A DNA stretch of 64,000 nucleotides from Deltaproteobacteria bacterium (GTDB lineage: Bacteria > Myxococcota > Kuafuiibacteriia > Kuafuiibacteriales > Kuafuiibacteriaceae): contig JAVJQW010000041.1 in NCBI GenBank assembly GCA_040218735.1, positions 160,001 to 224,000 on the forward strand, given 5' to 3'. Both the position numbers and the translations under genes were made by a program. This document shows, in pieces, positions 27,189 to 37,837 of this stretch. The notes below the pieces were generated by a model. It was not told where the DNA came from. It searched no databases and worked only from the letters and a program-made list of their open reading frames with translations. The stretch's first letter is position 1. Every line of letters starts with the position of its first letter.

Positions 27189-29735
27189 ATGAGCTGGTCC
27201 GAATCCCGATCCGCGGAGGCGGCGGAGCGCTTCGACCGCTTCTTCGTCGAGCTCGACACGGCGTTCATGGAGCGCGACGAGACACTCCTGCAGTTCGGGC
27301 TCGCGTTGTTGTCGCGTGAGCACGTGCTGATGACGGGACCTCCCGGCACCGGCAAGAGCCAGCTCGCCGACGCCGTCCTCAACCGTGTCCTCGACGAGCG
27401 CACGGGGAAGCCGAGTGTGTTCGCGCGGCAGTTCTCCGAGAGCACGGTGCAGACCGACCTGATCGGCCCCATCGACTTCAAGACGCTGATGGATACCGGT
27501 CGCACCGAGCACTTCACGGACGAAGGCATGCTCGGCGCCGTGCACGCCTTCCTCGACGAGGTCTTCGACGGACGCGACATGTTGTTGCGCTCGACGCTGA
27601 ACCTCCTCCACGAACGCGAGCTCAAGCAGGGCGCGCGGACGACCTCGGGACACATCGAGGTCGCCTTCATGACCAGCAATCGCTACATCTCGGAGATCCT
27701 CGAGTCGTCGCGGCAGACGCTGCTCGCGTTCCTGGACCGGGTGGCGTTCATCAGCTTTCTGCCCCGCGGGTTTGCTCGGCCGGAGAACCTCTCGAAGGTG
27801 GTGCGCCGCTACGCCGGCGGCGTCGGCAAGCCGACCCTCGTGCGACCGCTCTTGGTGCAGGATCTCGACGCACTCCAGGCGGAGGTCGAGGACGTCTACA
27901 TGTCGCCCGAGATGTGCGACGCGCTCGTGAAGCTGGTCGAGTCGCTCGACACCGCGCTCGCCGCTGCGGTCCGCGCGGACCCCGACTTCACGCCCACGCG
28001 TTACTTCTCGACGCGAACCGTAGTTCGCGCGGCGAACGTGCTGCGTGCGCACGCCATCCTCGACAAGGCGCGGCGGGATCCGAGCCGGCCTCGCGAGGTG
28101 TTGTTCGAAGATCTCGGCTCGCTCGCGGTGCACTTCCTGTTGGCCGGGCTCCCACCGGACATGGTCAAGATGCGGCTCTCACACGAGGGCGACGAGCGCG
28201 AGCGACGGCAGCTCGAGATCATGCGCACCGAGCGCGAGATCTTCGACAACTGCCTCCGCGGACTGTCGGCGGTCCGCCGGTCGCCGCGGCCCAAGATCGA
28301 CGTCGCGAACCTCGAAGCGGCGGCTCACCGGGGACGCGAGAGGCACGATCCGAAGGCGCTGATCGACGCGACGTACGAGCTCGTATCCGCCGCACGTTCC
28401 AAGGCGGACGGCGCGGCGCGCGCCGAGCAGCTGCTGTTGGAGACGATCTCCGCGCTCGGCGACGAAGTGCTCCGTCGCGGGCTGACGCCGCACCTCGGGC
28501 GCGGTGAGGACCTCATGGCGGTCGGACGGTCGCTGCGCGACCTGGCGTCCGACATCGAGCAGAACGCGCCGGCGACCGCTCCGCTCGCGCGTTGGCTGCG
28601 GGGTCGCGCGGTGACTTTGCTCGAGTCGCAGCTCGCCGCCGTGGCGGGGCGCTCACCTCGGGCGCTCGCGTTGCTCTCGGAGCCGACGACGACGGCGGAG
28701 CAGCTCGAACAAGCGGCGGCCACCGAGCTGGCCTCGATCGAGGAGATCGTCTTGCTCATCGACGCGCTGTCGGTCGCCGGGGCGCAACTCGACGACGCCG
28801 AGGACCGTCCGCAGGCACGCGAGCCGGGGCTGGTGCGACTCGAGGACGAGCAGGTTCGGCTCTGGGACGCCTACTTCTTCCGAACTGCAGCGGACGTCCT
28901 CGCGGTCGTCGAGGAGCAAAACCTCCACGACGCGTTGCAGCGCCTCGGGCCGTCGATCGAGCGAATCGACGAAGCGTCGGCGCGTATCACGAAGCTCGGC
29001 AGAACGAGTGATCTCGCGCAGCGGGTCGTCGCGCCGCGTCTTTCGCCGCTGGTTCGAGCCGCCTTCGGTCGCCTCGGGGCTTCGTCGAGTCTGAGGCTGA
29101 TCGACGAGGTCGCCCACCTGATCGGGGAGCTGGACGAGCACCGATTGCATGGCGTGATCGGCGCCGTCGACCTCGTGACGTGGTCGGCCGAGCTCGCGCT
29201 CGAGCGCGATGCGGCGCGCGCGCGTGACACCCACGAGATCCGCGTGCGTGAAGACTTCTTGCGCGCGTGTGGAGGCGAAGAGGCCTTGTCGCTGACGGAG
29301 ACCCTCGTCGAGATCGCGGTCTACGCGACCCCGCCGACCGACTACCGGAGCGTCGCGCCGAACGACTGCATGGCCGGCATCCTCGCGACGCTCCACGCGC
29401 TCCCGGAGGCGTTGATCGCGCGCATCGGCGAGCACGACCGGCGGCGCGTCGACCACGCGCTGTCGCACCTCGAGGGGTGGTGGGCGCAGCTGGCGTTGGA
29501 GCCTGAGCTGTCGCGGATCGAGTACACCGGGTTCCTGCGGGTGATGCGTCAGGAGTGTGTACCGCTGAGGTTGTTCCTCGAGCTCGACAACCTCGTCCGG
29601 ATCTTCCCATCCGAACGTAGCTCCAGCGAGCCTCACTTCGCGCGGCTCGCGCATCTGGAAGAGGACGTGGCCAATCGGATCGGCGCGTACGTAGACGACA
29701 AGTCGAACGAGGCCTGGCGGAAGATCCTCGGGTGA
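27189..29735 (+). CDS. MoxR/RavA-type AAA+ ATPase with long helical C-terminal extension
   Basis: EHVLMTGPPGTGKS Walker A, DLIGP, AFLDEVF Walker B, TSN sensor, LDR arginine finger. Confidence 0.85.
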   Translation: MSWSESRSAEAAERFDRFFVELDTAFMERDETLLQFGLALLSREHVLMTGPPGTGKSQLADAVLNRVLDERTGKPSVFARQFSESTVQTDLIGPIDFKTLMDTGRTEHFTDEGMLGAVHAFLDEVFDGRDMLLRSTLNLLHERELKQGARTTSGHIEVAFMTSNRYISEILESSRQTLLAFLDRVAFISFLPRGFARPENLSKVVRRYAGGVGKPTLVRPLLVQDLDALQAEVEDVYMSPEMCDALVKLVESLDTALAAAVRADPDFTPTRYFSTRTVVRAANVLRAHAILDKARRDPSRPREVLFEDLGSLAVHFLLAGLPPDMVKMRLSHEGDERERRQLEIMRTEREIFDNCLRGLSAVRRSPRPKIDVANLEAAAHRGRERHDPKALIDATYELVSAARSKADGAARAEQLLLETISALGDEVLRRGLTPHLGRGEDLMAVGRSLRDLASDIEQNAPATAPLARWLRGRAVTLLESQLAAVAGRSPRALALLSEPTTTAEQLEQAAATELASIEEIVLLIDALSVAGAQLDDAEDRPQAREPGLVRLEDEQVRLWDAYFFRTAADVLAVVEEQNLHDALQRLGPSIERIDEASARITKLGRTSDLAQRVVAPRLSPLVRAAFGRLGASSSLRLIDEVAHLIGELDEHRLHGVIGAVDLVTWSAELALERDAARARDTHEIRVREDFLRACGGEEALSLTETLVEIAVYATPPTDYRSVAPNDCMAGILATLHALPEALIARIGEHDRRRVDHALSHLEGWWAQLALEPELSRIEYTGFLRVMRQECVPLRLFLELDNLVRIFPSERSSSEPHFARLAHLEEDVANRIGAYVDDKSNEAWRKILG

Positions 29736-32131
29736 GCGCGAGGTCTAGAGCGCGGCTCGACGAGCTGAGCCTGCGGATCGAGCGTCTGGTGCTCGAACCC
29801 GAGGCGATTCGCGCGCGATGGACCCGCATGATTCGACCGCTCTTGTCGGCGGTCGGATGGACCCCGCGGACATGCGTCGACGCATCGATTGCTTTGCTCG
29901 AACGACTCCGTGAGCTCACGCCCGGCGTGGCGCCGACCGACGCCGACGCGTCGCTCCTCGCGCGCGCGATCGCCGAGCTGGAGGACAACGTCGAGCAGGT
30001 CGAACGCCTCACCGTCGTCCGACGGCAACCGCTGCTCCGCCACGCGACGTGGCTGCGTCGCCTGCACGACTTCGTCGAGGGCGCCGCGCGGGCGATCGAC
30101 AACCCCAGGGATCCGCTCGCTCCGCGCCTCGCGGTCGGCCGACACGAGCTCGCCGTGCTGCCCCCGCTCGCGGCCCTGGAGAGGAAGAAGAGCTCCGACG
30201 ACGCCGAGGTCCCGCCGGCCCGCGCACAGGAGCTGCAGCTCGCGGCGATCGATCATCTCCTCGTCGAGGCCGACGACGTGCTGCACACACTCGGGCGGCG
30301 TCGCCGGCTCCTCGAGGCTGCACGACAGGTGCTCCTCGAAACGGCAGCGGCGATCGACATCGAGGCTGCCCCGACGGCGGCGCGCTTGAATCACATTCAG
30401 CGTGAGGTCACGCGCATCGACCGGCTCGAGGCCGCTGGCCTACGCGCGGGCGTCGGGCTCCTCTACCAGGCCGAGCGTGCGCTCGCGCGGGACAATCATG
30501 AGCTGCTCTACACGGCGCTCGTCGCGCTCGAGGAGCGCGCCATCGCGGGTGGGGAACATGCGCTCGCGACCGCCGCCTCCGAGGCGCTCGATACGTTGGG
30601 CGACGCGGAGACGTTCTCGGAGGCGTCCCGTCAGGCGTCGTTGACCCGATCGGCGGTCCAGATGCTCTCCGAGGAGGCGGTGGAGGCGACCCGACGGGGC
30701 TACGAAACGGCGCAGCGGGAGCATGGTCCGCCCGGTCTGGCCGACGGAGGCTTCTACGAGCTCGTGCGGAAGTACTACGTCGCGGGGGCCGAGCGGCACA
30801 CGTTGGCGTGTGCGCTCGCGGTCGACGGCGCGTTCGAGGTCGGCGGCGTGATGTCCCCGGTTCGTGTGAAGGAGCTACGAACCCGTTATCGGGCCGTGCG
30901 TCAGCCGACGCAGCGCCTCGAGCTCGTTCCGGCACAAGGCGTCGAAGATCTCGCCGACGCCGTGATCAGCGATCCGCGCAGCGTGATCCTCGAGCTCGCC
31001 GCAGGGCGCCTTCTCACGCGGCGCTACCTGACCGCGGAGCAGTACGAAGACGAACGGATCGAGATGCGCGGCGAGGTTCGCGTGTACGTGCTCGACGGGT
31101 CGGGTTCGATGGTCGGACCGCGCGCACGTATGCGCGACGCGATCCTGATCGCGGAGCTGTCGACGCTCGCGCGCCGGCTGTCGGACCGGAGCAACAACGC
31201 CCGCGTCGTGCTCTTCTATTGTTACTTCGACACGGAGGTCTCGGAGCTCGTTCGGATCGACACGTCCCAGCGAGCCATCGCCCACATCGAGTCGGTCGCC
31301 GCGACGTTGAGGACCGGTGGCACCAACATCGAGAAGGCGCTGCTCGAGAGCTTTGCCGCGGTGCGGCGCGCGAAGAGCCACGATCCTGATCTCGCGCGCG
31401 GCCAGATCGTGCTGATCACCGACGGTGAGTCGGACATCGACGAGGCGAAGATCCTCCGAGCGCGTGCGTCCGTCGGTGAGCTCGACCTGGGGGTCAGCGT
31501 CATCGCCTTGGGCCAGGAGAACCGCGTGCTGCGAGCGCTCGTCGCCGGGCAGCGCGCGCGCGGCGAGCGGGCGTTCTACCACTTCGTCGAGGACGAGACG
31601 TTGGGCCGGCTCGAAGCCGGGCGCCTCGACTTCGGGCGTGCGTTGCACCTGCCGAAGTCTCGGTGGCTCGGCGCCGGTGATCAGGTCGACGACGCGGCGC
31701 TCGCGGATACGCTGCGCGCCGCGCTCGACGAGATAGCCGACATCGAGCGCGCGTACCGGCGGGAGCGAACGGCGGACGACGGTCCACGCTGCGCCGATGC
31801 GCGAGCGCTGAAGCGGCGCTTCAACCGCTGGTTCCCGGCCCCGTCCGACGCGGCGCCGCAGTGGCCGGAGGCCGAGACACTCGAGCGAGACGATCTGGAG
31901 GCCGCCGTGGTGTTGCTCACGACCATCACCGAGGTCGTCGAGCTCGTGGAGGGGACGACCGCGGAGCGCCAGGAGGACGCCGTGGCGCTCCTCGAACGGA
32001 TGCTCCCGGACGCTGCGCTCAGCCCGGCGCGCTACCAGGCTGCACTCGACGATTATCCGGGCGTGGTCGCGTCGCCCCTCAGCGCGCTGCACGGCGCGGT
32101 GCGCCTCGGCATTCGCGGACGTCTTGGATGA
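29732..32131 (+). CDS. vWA (MIDAS) domain protein, ViaA-like partner of the MoxR ATPase
   Basis: LDGSGSM, GGTNI, LITDG MIDAS motifs; GTGA overlap with the ATPase. Confidence 0.85.
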   Translation: MSARSRARLDELSLRIERLVLEPEAIRARWTRMIRPLLSAVGWTPRTCVDASIALLERLRELTPGVAPTDADASLLARAIAELEDNVEQVERLTVVRRQPLLRHATWLRRLHDFVEGAARAIDNPRDPLAPRLAVGRHELAVLPPLAALERKKSSDDAEVPPARAQELQLAAIDHLLVEADDVLHTLGRRRRLLEAARQVLLETAAAIDIEAAPTAARLNHIQREVTRIDRLEAAGLRAGVGLLYQAERALARDNHELLYTALVALEERAIAGGEHALATAASEALDTLGDAETFSEASRQASLTRSAVQMLSEEAVEATRRGYETAQREHGPPGLADGGFYELVRKYYVAGAERHTLACALAVDGAFEVGGVMSPVRVKELRTRYRAVRQPTQRLELVPAQGVEDLADAVISDPRSVILELAAGRLLTRRYLTAEQYEDERIEMRGEVRVYVLDGSGSMVGPRARMRDAILIAELSTLARRLSDRSNNARVVLFYCYFDTEVSELVRIDTSQRAIAHIESVAATLRTGGTNIEKALLESFAAVRRAKSHDPDLARGQIVLITDGESDIDEAKILRARASVGELDLGVSVIALGQENRVLRALVAGQRARGERAFYHFVEDETLGRLEAGRLDFGRALHLPKSRWLGAGDQVDDAALADTLRAALDEIADIERAYRRERTADDGPRCADARALKRRFNRWFPAPSDAAPQWPEAETLERDDLEAAVVLLTTITEVVELVEGTTAERQEDAVALLERMLPDAALSPARYQAALDDYPGVVASPLSALHGAVRLGIRGRLG

Positions 32132-32225
32132 GGAGTCTCCCCCGTGGTCACGACCGAGCTCACGGCGCCGCCAGCGACCAATTTCTCACGGCGCCGAGCG
32201 GCGCGTGGTATCTGAAGGATTGGCG

Positions 32226-33425
32226 ATGGCGGCGGCCTCCAAGCGACGGTCCTTCACCTGGCCGACGGTCCTCGTGACCGTGGTCGGCGCGGGGGTTTCG
32301 TTGTTCGTGATGACGCGCCCCGAGCCGCCGATCGACGTGGAGGTGGTCCGCGTCCAGCGGGGCGCCGTGCAGGAGCTCGTGCCCGCCGCGGCCGCGGGGG
32401 TCGTACAGGCGGAGCGGCGCGTCACGGTGCGAGCCGAGCTCGCCGGTACGGTGGCGGCAGTCGAGAAGCGCGCCGGTGAACGGGTGGAGGCCGGCGCGGT
32501 GATCGTGCGCTTCTCCTCCGACGAGCTCGACGCGCGCGTCGCGCAGGCACGCGCGAATACCGACGCGGCGCAGGTGCTCGTCGAGGTCGCGGTCGATCGT
32601 CAGGCGGTGACCGACCGGACGCTCGCTCGGAGCAAGAAACTCAAAGAACGTGGCGCGATCTCCGCGACGGATCTCGAACGTGTCGAAGCCGAGGCGCGCG
32701 CGGCGAAGCTCGGTGTCGACAAGGCGAAGAGCGCGGTCGCGCAGGCGCGTGCGGCGGAGCGACTCGCGAGGGTCCTCCTGAAGCGGGCGACGGTGACCGC
32801 GCCCTACGGCGGTGTGTTGCAGGAGGTGACCGCGGAGCTCGGCGTTCAGGTCGCGCCGGGGGCGCCGCTGTTCGATCTCATCGACGACACTCGCGTGATC
32901 GTCGAGGTGCCGGTCGACGAGGCCGACATCCCGAAGGTCACCGTCGGGCAGACCGTGTTGATCCGCGTGAGCGGTCGCCGTGACGACCCGATCCGCGGCA
33001 AGGTCGACTTCATCCCACCCGCGATGGGGCGCTCGGCTTCGCCGTCGCTGGAGGCGACGCTCTCCGCACGCGACCGCGCGCTCTATGTGCACGTCGTGCC
33101 CGAGGATCCTTCCGGGCTGCGCGTGGGCGGCGCCGTCGACGCCGAGTTCCTCGTGCGCCGCCGCGACGACGTGCTGTGGATCCCCACGCAGGTCGTGATG
33201 GGGCGCGGGATGACACGCGCTGTCTACCGCGTCGAGGGCGAGCGCGCCCGCCGCGTCACCTTCGAGCCCGGCCTCACGAGCTGGGAGCGCACCGAGATCC
33301 TGAAGGGGCTCGAGGCCGGCGACGTCATCGTCAGCAGCCTCGACGACAAACGCCTCGAAGATCGCGCACGTGTCGCGTTCGACGCGCCGTCGAAGGACGC
33401 CCACGCGGAGTCGACGGCGCCGTGA
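32226..33425 (+). CDS. Efflux periplasmic adaptor (MacA/HlyD-like membrane fusion protein)
   Basis: N-terminal TM, lipoyl-like AELAGTV...GERV, coiled coil, APYGGV, EILKGLEAGD. Confidence 0.85.
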   Translation: MAAASKRRSFTWPTVLVTVVGAGVSLFVMTRPEPPIDVEVVRVQRGAVQELVPAAAAGVVQAERRVTVRAELAGTVAAVEKRAGERVEAGAVIVRFSSDELDARVAQARANTDAAQVLVEVAVDRQAVTDRTLARSKKLKERGAISATDLERVEAEARAAKLGVDKAKSAVAQARAAERLARVLLKRATVTAPYGGVLQEVTAELGVQVAPGAPLFDLIDDTRVIVEVPVDEADIPKVTVGQTVLIRVSGRRDDPIRGKVDFIPPAMGRSASPSLEATLSARDRALYVHVVPEDPSGLRVGGAVDAEFLVRRRDDVLWIPTQVVMGRGMTRAVYRVEGERARRVTFEPGLTSWERTEILKGLEAGDVIVSSLDDKRLEDRARVAFDAPSKDAHAESTAP

Positions 33426-34120
33426 GCACGCCGGTGATCGCGCTGATGGGCGCGGCGCGGGTCTACGAGATGGGGGCCGAGCGCATCGAGGCCCTCCGGG
33501 GCGTCGACCTCGAAGTCGCCGCCGGGGAGTTCCTCGCGATCGTGGGGCCGTCGGGGAGCGGGAAGTCCACGCTGATGAACGTCATCGGCTGCCTCGACCG
33601 CGCGACGTCGGGGACGTACGCGATCGACGGCATCGACGTCCGCGACCTCGACGACGACGCGCTGGCGGACCTGCGCAACAAGAAGATCGGGTTCGTGTTC
33701 CAAAGCTTCAACCTACTCCCGCGGCAGACCGCGCTCGACAACGTGTCGCTCCCGCTTCGGTACGCGGGCGTGTCGCGCAAGGAGCGCCACCGCGCGGCGG
33801 AGCTCGCGCTGTCACGTGTGGATCTCGCCGACCGCCTCGACCACCGGCCCGACCAACTCTCCGGAGGGCAGAAGCAGCGGGTCGCGATCGCGCGCGCGCT
33901 GGTGACGAACCCGTCGTTGGTCCTCGCCGACGAACCCACCGGCGCGCTCGATCAGAAGACCGGCAACGAGATCATCGGTCTGTTCGAGCGTCTGAACGCC
34001 GACGGGGTGACGGTGCTGATCGTGACGCACGACCGGGACGTTGCGAAGAAGACCCGTCGCACGATCACGATCGTGGACGGGCGCATCGACTCCGACGAAC
34101 CCAACGTGGGGGCCGCGTGA
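33422..34120 (+). CDS. ABC transporter ATP-binding protein (MacB-type)
   Basis: [39 protein letters not shown]. Confidence 0.93.
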   Translation: MSTPVIALMGAARVYEMGAERIEALRGVDLEVAAGEFLAIVGPSGSGKSTLMNVIGCLDRATSGTYAIDGIDVRDLDDDALADLRNKKIGFVFQSFNLLPRQTALDNVSLPLRYAGVSRKERHRAAELALSRVDLADRLDHRPDQLSGGQKQRVAIARALVTNPSLVLADEPTGALDQKTGNEIIGLFERLNADGVTVLIVTHDRDVAKKTRRTITIVDGRIDSDEPNVGAA

Positions 34121-35325
34121 GTCTGTTCGAGCACCTCTCGATCGCGTTCGATTCCATTCGAGCGAATCCGGTGCGAACGTTCCTCACCACGCTCGGGGTC
34201 TTGATCGGCGTCTTCTCGGTGATCCTGCTCGTCGGCCTCGGCGACGCCGTGCGCGCGTACGTGCTCGAGACGTTCGCGGGGGTGGGGTCGAACCTCCTGC
34301 AGATCAACGCGGGCCGCCAGGAGACGCGCGGGTTCCGACCGTCGTCGGGCACCACGAAGAACAAACTCACGATGCGCGACGTCGAGGTGCTCGAACGCCG
34401 CGGCTTCATGCTCGATGGGGTGTCGCCGATCGTGCTCGGCAGCGGCGAGCTCCGCGTGAGCGAGCTGCGGCGCAACGTCATCGTCATCGGCGTGGGGCCG
34501 GACTACGTCGACCTCCGCAACCTGGAGATCGGGCGTGGGCGGTTCATCGACGAGGACGACGTCGACCACTATCGTCGCAGCGTCGTCGTCGGCCAGACGA
34601 TCGTGCAGGAGCTCTTCGGCGACAAGACGAGCCCGCTCGGCCAGACGATCTACATCGCGTCGACGCCGTTCAGGATCGTCGGCATCACGAAGCGGAAGGG
34701 GAAGACGTTCGGCTTCGACATGGACGACCTCGCGTTCGTGCCCGCGACCGCCGCGCAGGATCTCTTCGACCTCGAGACGGTCACGCACATCCTCGCGCGC
34801 GCGAAGGATCGCAACACCGTGGACCCCGCGATCGCGGAGGTGAAGGACGTCCTCGCTGACGCGCGGGGCGGGGAGACCGACTTCACCGTCTTCAGTCAGG
34901 ACGACATGATGGACATGGTGAACAACATCATGGGCACGCTGACGTTCTTCCTCGGCGCCATCGCGTCCATCTCCCTGCTCGTCGGCGGCATCGGCATCAT
35001 GAACATCATGCTCGTGTCGGTGAAGGAGCGGACCCGAGAGATCGGCGTGCGCCGCGCCGTCGGCGCGCGCTGGGCGGACATCCTGCTGCAGTTCCTCGTG
35101 GAGGCCGTGGTCGTGTCGCTGATCGGAGGCCTGCTCGGCCTCCTCCTCGGCTTCGTCACCATCCGCATCGTCGCGCACTTCCAACCCGACCTCCCGGTCG
35201 CGCTGTCGCTGTCGAACGTCGCGATGGCGATCGGCTTCTCACTCGCGGTGGGTGTGCTGTCCGGCGTGTTCCCGGCCCTGCGCGCCGCGGACCTCGATCC
35301 GGTCGACGCGCTCCGCTACGAATAA
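34117..35325 (+). CDS. ABC transporter permease (MacB-type)
   Basis: RTFLTTLGVLIG, SLLVGGIGIMNIMLVSVKERTREIG, LDPVDALRYE. Confidence 0.93.
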   Translation: MSLFEHLSIAFDSIRANPVRTFLTTLGVLIGVFSVILLVGLGDAVRAYVLETFAGVGSNLLQINAGRQETRGFRPSSGTTKNKLTMRDVEVLERRGFMLDGVSPIVLGSGELRVSELRRNVIVIGVGPDYVDLRNLEIGRGRFIDEDDVDHYRRSVVVGQTIVQELFGDKTSPLGQTIYIASTPFRIVGITKRKGKTFGFDMDDLAFVPATAAQDLFDLETVTHILARAKDRNTVDPAIAEVKDVLADARGGETDFTVFSQDDMMDMVNNIMGTLTFFLGAIASISLLVGGIGIMNIMLVSVKERTREIGVRRAVGARWADILLQFLVEAVVVSLIGGLLGLLLGFVTIRIVAHFQPDLPVALSLSNVAMAIGFSLAVGVLSGVFPALRAADLDPVDALRYE

Positions 35326-35327
35326 GC

Positions 35328-36065
35328 TCAGGGCACTGTCACCGCGATCGTCGTGCCCGCGCGGCCTGCGACGCGCGCGCGGAGGAGGAGCAGGTCGTCC
35401 GAGAAGCCGACGATCTCGGCGTTGAAGGAGCCGTCGTCGAGCGCCTGGTGCAGCGTGAAGTCGGCGTCGCGTTCGATCATCTGGTGGCGGAAGACCTCGA
35501 TCCCCGCGGATCCGGGGGCCGTTCCGGCGGATCCTTCGATCCGCACGACGCCGAGCTCGGGCACGCTCACGGTCACGCCGGCCGCGTCGAGCGGCTCGGG
35601 GCGGTTCGGCGTGCGCGCGACGGCCAGGAACGAGGCTTCCCAGTGGCGCGAGCCGCTCGAGGTCTGCACGAAGCCGACGATCTCGTTCGCCAAGCCGTCC
35701 GTCGGTTTGGCGTCGAAGGCGTTGCCGCCGATGCCGTCGACGACGTCGATCCGATCCGTCCACACCGCGCCGCTCGTCGGCATGAAGGTGATGCGCCCGT
35801 CGACCGACTCGAACGAACCCATCAGATCGATCGACGGCGTCGTGCCCTCGGTGCGTCGCAGCGTCGCGCGCGCCTGACCACCCGAGTCGACGACCTGCTC
35901 GAGCGTGAGCGTGAACGGGTCCTGCGCGGTGACACTGAGACGATCGGTGAACGTGCGACGCACGCCCGACAGATCGTAGGTCTCGGCGAGGGTCAGCGCG
36001 CGGAGGGTCGGCGGCTCACTGCCGCACCCGGCGAGCACCAACGCGAGCGCTGCGAGCCGCTTCAT
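35328..36065 (-). CDS. Hypothetical lipoprotein
   Basis: MKRLAALALVLAGC lipobox; start overlaps the upstream stop (TGATG). Confidence 0.65.
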   Translation of the reverse strand: MKRLAALALVLAGCGSEPPTLRALTLAETYDLSGVRRTFTDRLSVTAQDPFTLTLEQVVDSGGQARATLRRTEGTTPSIDLMGSFESVDGRITFMPTSGAVWTDRIDVVDGIGGNAFDAKPTDGLANEIVGFVQTSSGSRHWEASFLAVARTPNRPEPLDAAGVTVSVPELGVVRIEGSAGTAPGSAGIEVFRHQMIERDADFTLHQALDDGSFNAEIVGFSDDLLLLRARVAGRAGTTIAVTVP

Positions 36066-36892
36066 CACTCCGCGCAATACATGAACGGCGGGTTCGCGAC
36101 ACTCCCTGCGCACTGCGCCGGGGCGGTGCAGTCGGGGTTCGTCTCGCAGTACTGCCGGCAGAAGGCCGTGCCCTCGCTGGTGCGTACACACGCGAGACCG
36201 CGGTCGCAGCGTGGGTTTCCGGTGGTGCAGAGGTCGCCCGCCTGCCCGGTGCCGCGCTCGTGGCAACGGAACTCCCAGGTGCCGTCGCGACGCACCCACG
36301 GCTGGCACGCCTGGGTGTTGTCGCAGCCGACCTGCGTGTACGGGTTGCACAGCGGCGGGAGCTCGGAGCACGCGCCCCAGTTCGAACCGGAGATACGCGT
36401 GTTGCAGTCGAAGTCGGCGCCGAGCGACTCACACCCGACGGCGGTCGCGACGTCGCACACCTGCGCGCACGTCGACACGGTCGACGTGGAAGACTGAAGA
36501 ACACACGCGAGGCCCGGCTCGCACTCGCGGCCCATGCATTCCTCGCCGAAGCCGGCCTCGTTCGGTCCGCGGGAGACGCACCGGGTGCCGGCCGCGGTGT
36601 TCGGGCCTTCGACGACACACTTGGTGCCGGCGCCGGTGCAGTCCTGCTGAACGGGATCGCACTGGTCCTGGGGCGTTCCAGCGTCGCGGCCGACCGATCC
36701 GTCGCGCGCGTTCACGCCGCCGTCCAACGCGGCCCCGCCGTCCGCGAAGGCGGACCCTGCGTCGCGGTTCACGTTGACCGCGGCGTCGCGGCTGATGAGC
36801 CCCGGGGGTTCGGAATCGTCGCAGCCGACGCCGACCAGGGCGGCGCCCAGGACGAGCGGTGCGAGCAGCCGGGTTGCCGCCATCGACGCCAT
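36065..36892 (-). CDS. Cys-rich lipoprotein with DAG/DGG linker
   Basis: Lipobox ALVGVGC; repeated CDPV.Q.C / C..GLACV / C...C modules typical of myxobacterial Cys-rich repeats. Confidence 0.75.
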   Translation of the reverse strand: MASMAATRLLAPLVLGAALVGVGCDDSEPPGLISRDAAVNVNRDAGSAFADGGAALDGGVNARDGSVGRDAGTPQDQCDPVQQDCTGAGTKCVVEGPNTAAGTRCVSRGPNEAGFGEECMGRECEPGLACVLQSSTSTVSTCAQVCDVATAVGCESLGADFDCNTRISGSNWGACSELPPLCNPYTQVGCDNTQACQPWVRRDGTWEFRCHERGTGQAGDLCTTGNPRCDRGLACVRTSEGTAFCRQYCETNPDCTAPAQCAGSVANPPFMYCAE

Positions 36893-37002
36893 ATTCACTC
36901 TATACCGGCGAGAACGCCATCGGGCGAGTCTGTCGTCGCGTACCCGGCGTCACTGAACCGTCGCGCATCGCCGGCTCGACGATCGGATCGGATGATGTTT
37001 GA

Positions 37003-37836
37003 ATGCGGTCCGTCGTGAACACCAGCCTCGACGCCCTCAACGACCTCGTGGACGGATACGGGGAGGACCTCCCGCTCGATCGGGCCCTGCTCGCGATTGC
37101 GATGGAGGAATACCCGAAGATCAACGCGCGCCACTACCTCGGTGCGCTCGACGACCTCGCGGACCGCGCCCTCGAACGCGCGGAGCGCACCGGACGTCAC
37201 CAGTCGGCGCTGGCGCAGACGCTCTTCGCGGAGGCCAAGTTCCGCGGCAACGGCGAGAACTACTACGACCCCAAGAACAGCCTCCTGAACGTGGTGATCG
37301 ACCGCCGCGTCGGCATCCCGATCACGCTGTCGATCGTCTACATCGAGGTCGCGCGTCGCACCGGGAGCCGGGCGATGGGCATCGGCTTCCCTGGGCACTT
37401 CCTGGTGCAGCACGAGGTCGACGGGCACAAGCTGCTGATCGACCCGTTCGACTGCGGCAGCGTCCTCGACGTCACCGACTGCGAGCGCATCCTGAACGGG
37501 CTGTCGACCGCGCCGAAGGAGCTCGAGCCGTGGATGCTCGCGCCGTCGTCCCCGCGCGCGATCGTCGCGCGGGTGCTGACGAACCTGAAACACGCCTACC
37601 TCCTCGAGAAGGACTTCATCGGCGCCGTGAAGGCGATCGATCGCCTCCTCGTGGTGGATCCGGATCGCGAAACCGAACGCCGGGATCGCGGTCTGCTCTA
37701 CGCCGAGCTCGGGATGGCGAAGTCCGCGATCGTCGACCTCGAGCAGTACCTCGAGACCGCGCTCCCGGGGCCGGAGGAGGAGGCCATCTCGGCGCTCATC
37801 CCCACCCTGCGGGCCGCGTCGCGCCGGCTGAACTGA
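37003..37836 (+). CDS. SirB1-family protein (transglutaminase-like core + TPR)
   Basis: F.GN.ENYYDPKNSLLN.VIDRR.GIPITLS, GFPGHFL, IDPF, RDRGLLY. Confidence 0.88.
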   Translation: MRSVVNTSLDALNDLVDGYGEDLPLDRALLAIAMEEYPKINARHYLGALDDLADRALERAERTGRHQSALAQTLFAEAKFRGNGENYYDPKNSLLNVVIDRRVGIPITLSIVYIEVARRTGSRAMGIGFPGHFLVQHEVDGHKLLIDPFDCGSVLDVTDCERILNGLSTAPKELEPWMLAPSSPRAIVARVLTNLKHAYLLEKDFIGAVKAIDRLLVVDPDRETERRDRGLLYAELGMAKSAIVDLEQYLETALPGPEEEAISALIPTLRAASRRLN

Positions 37837-37837
37837 C

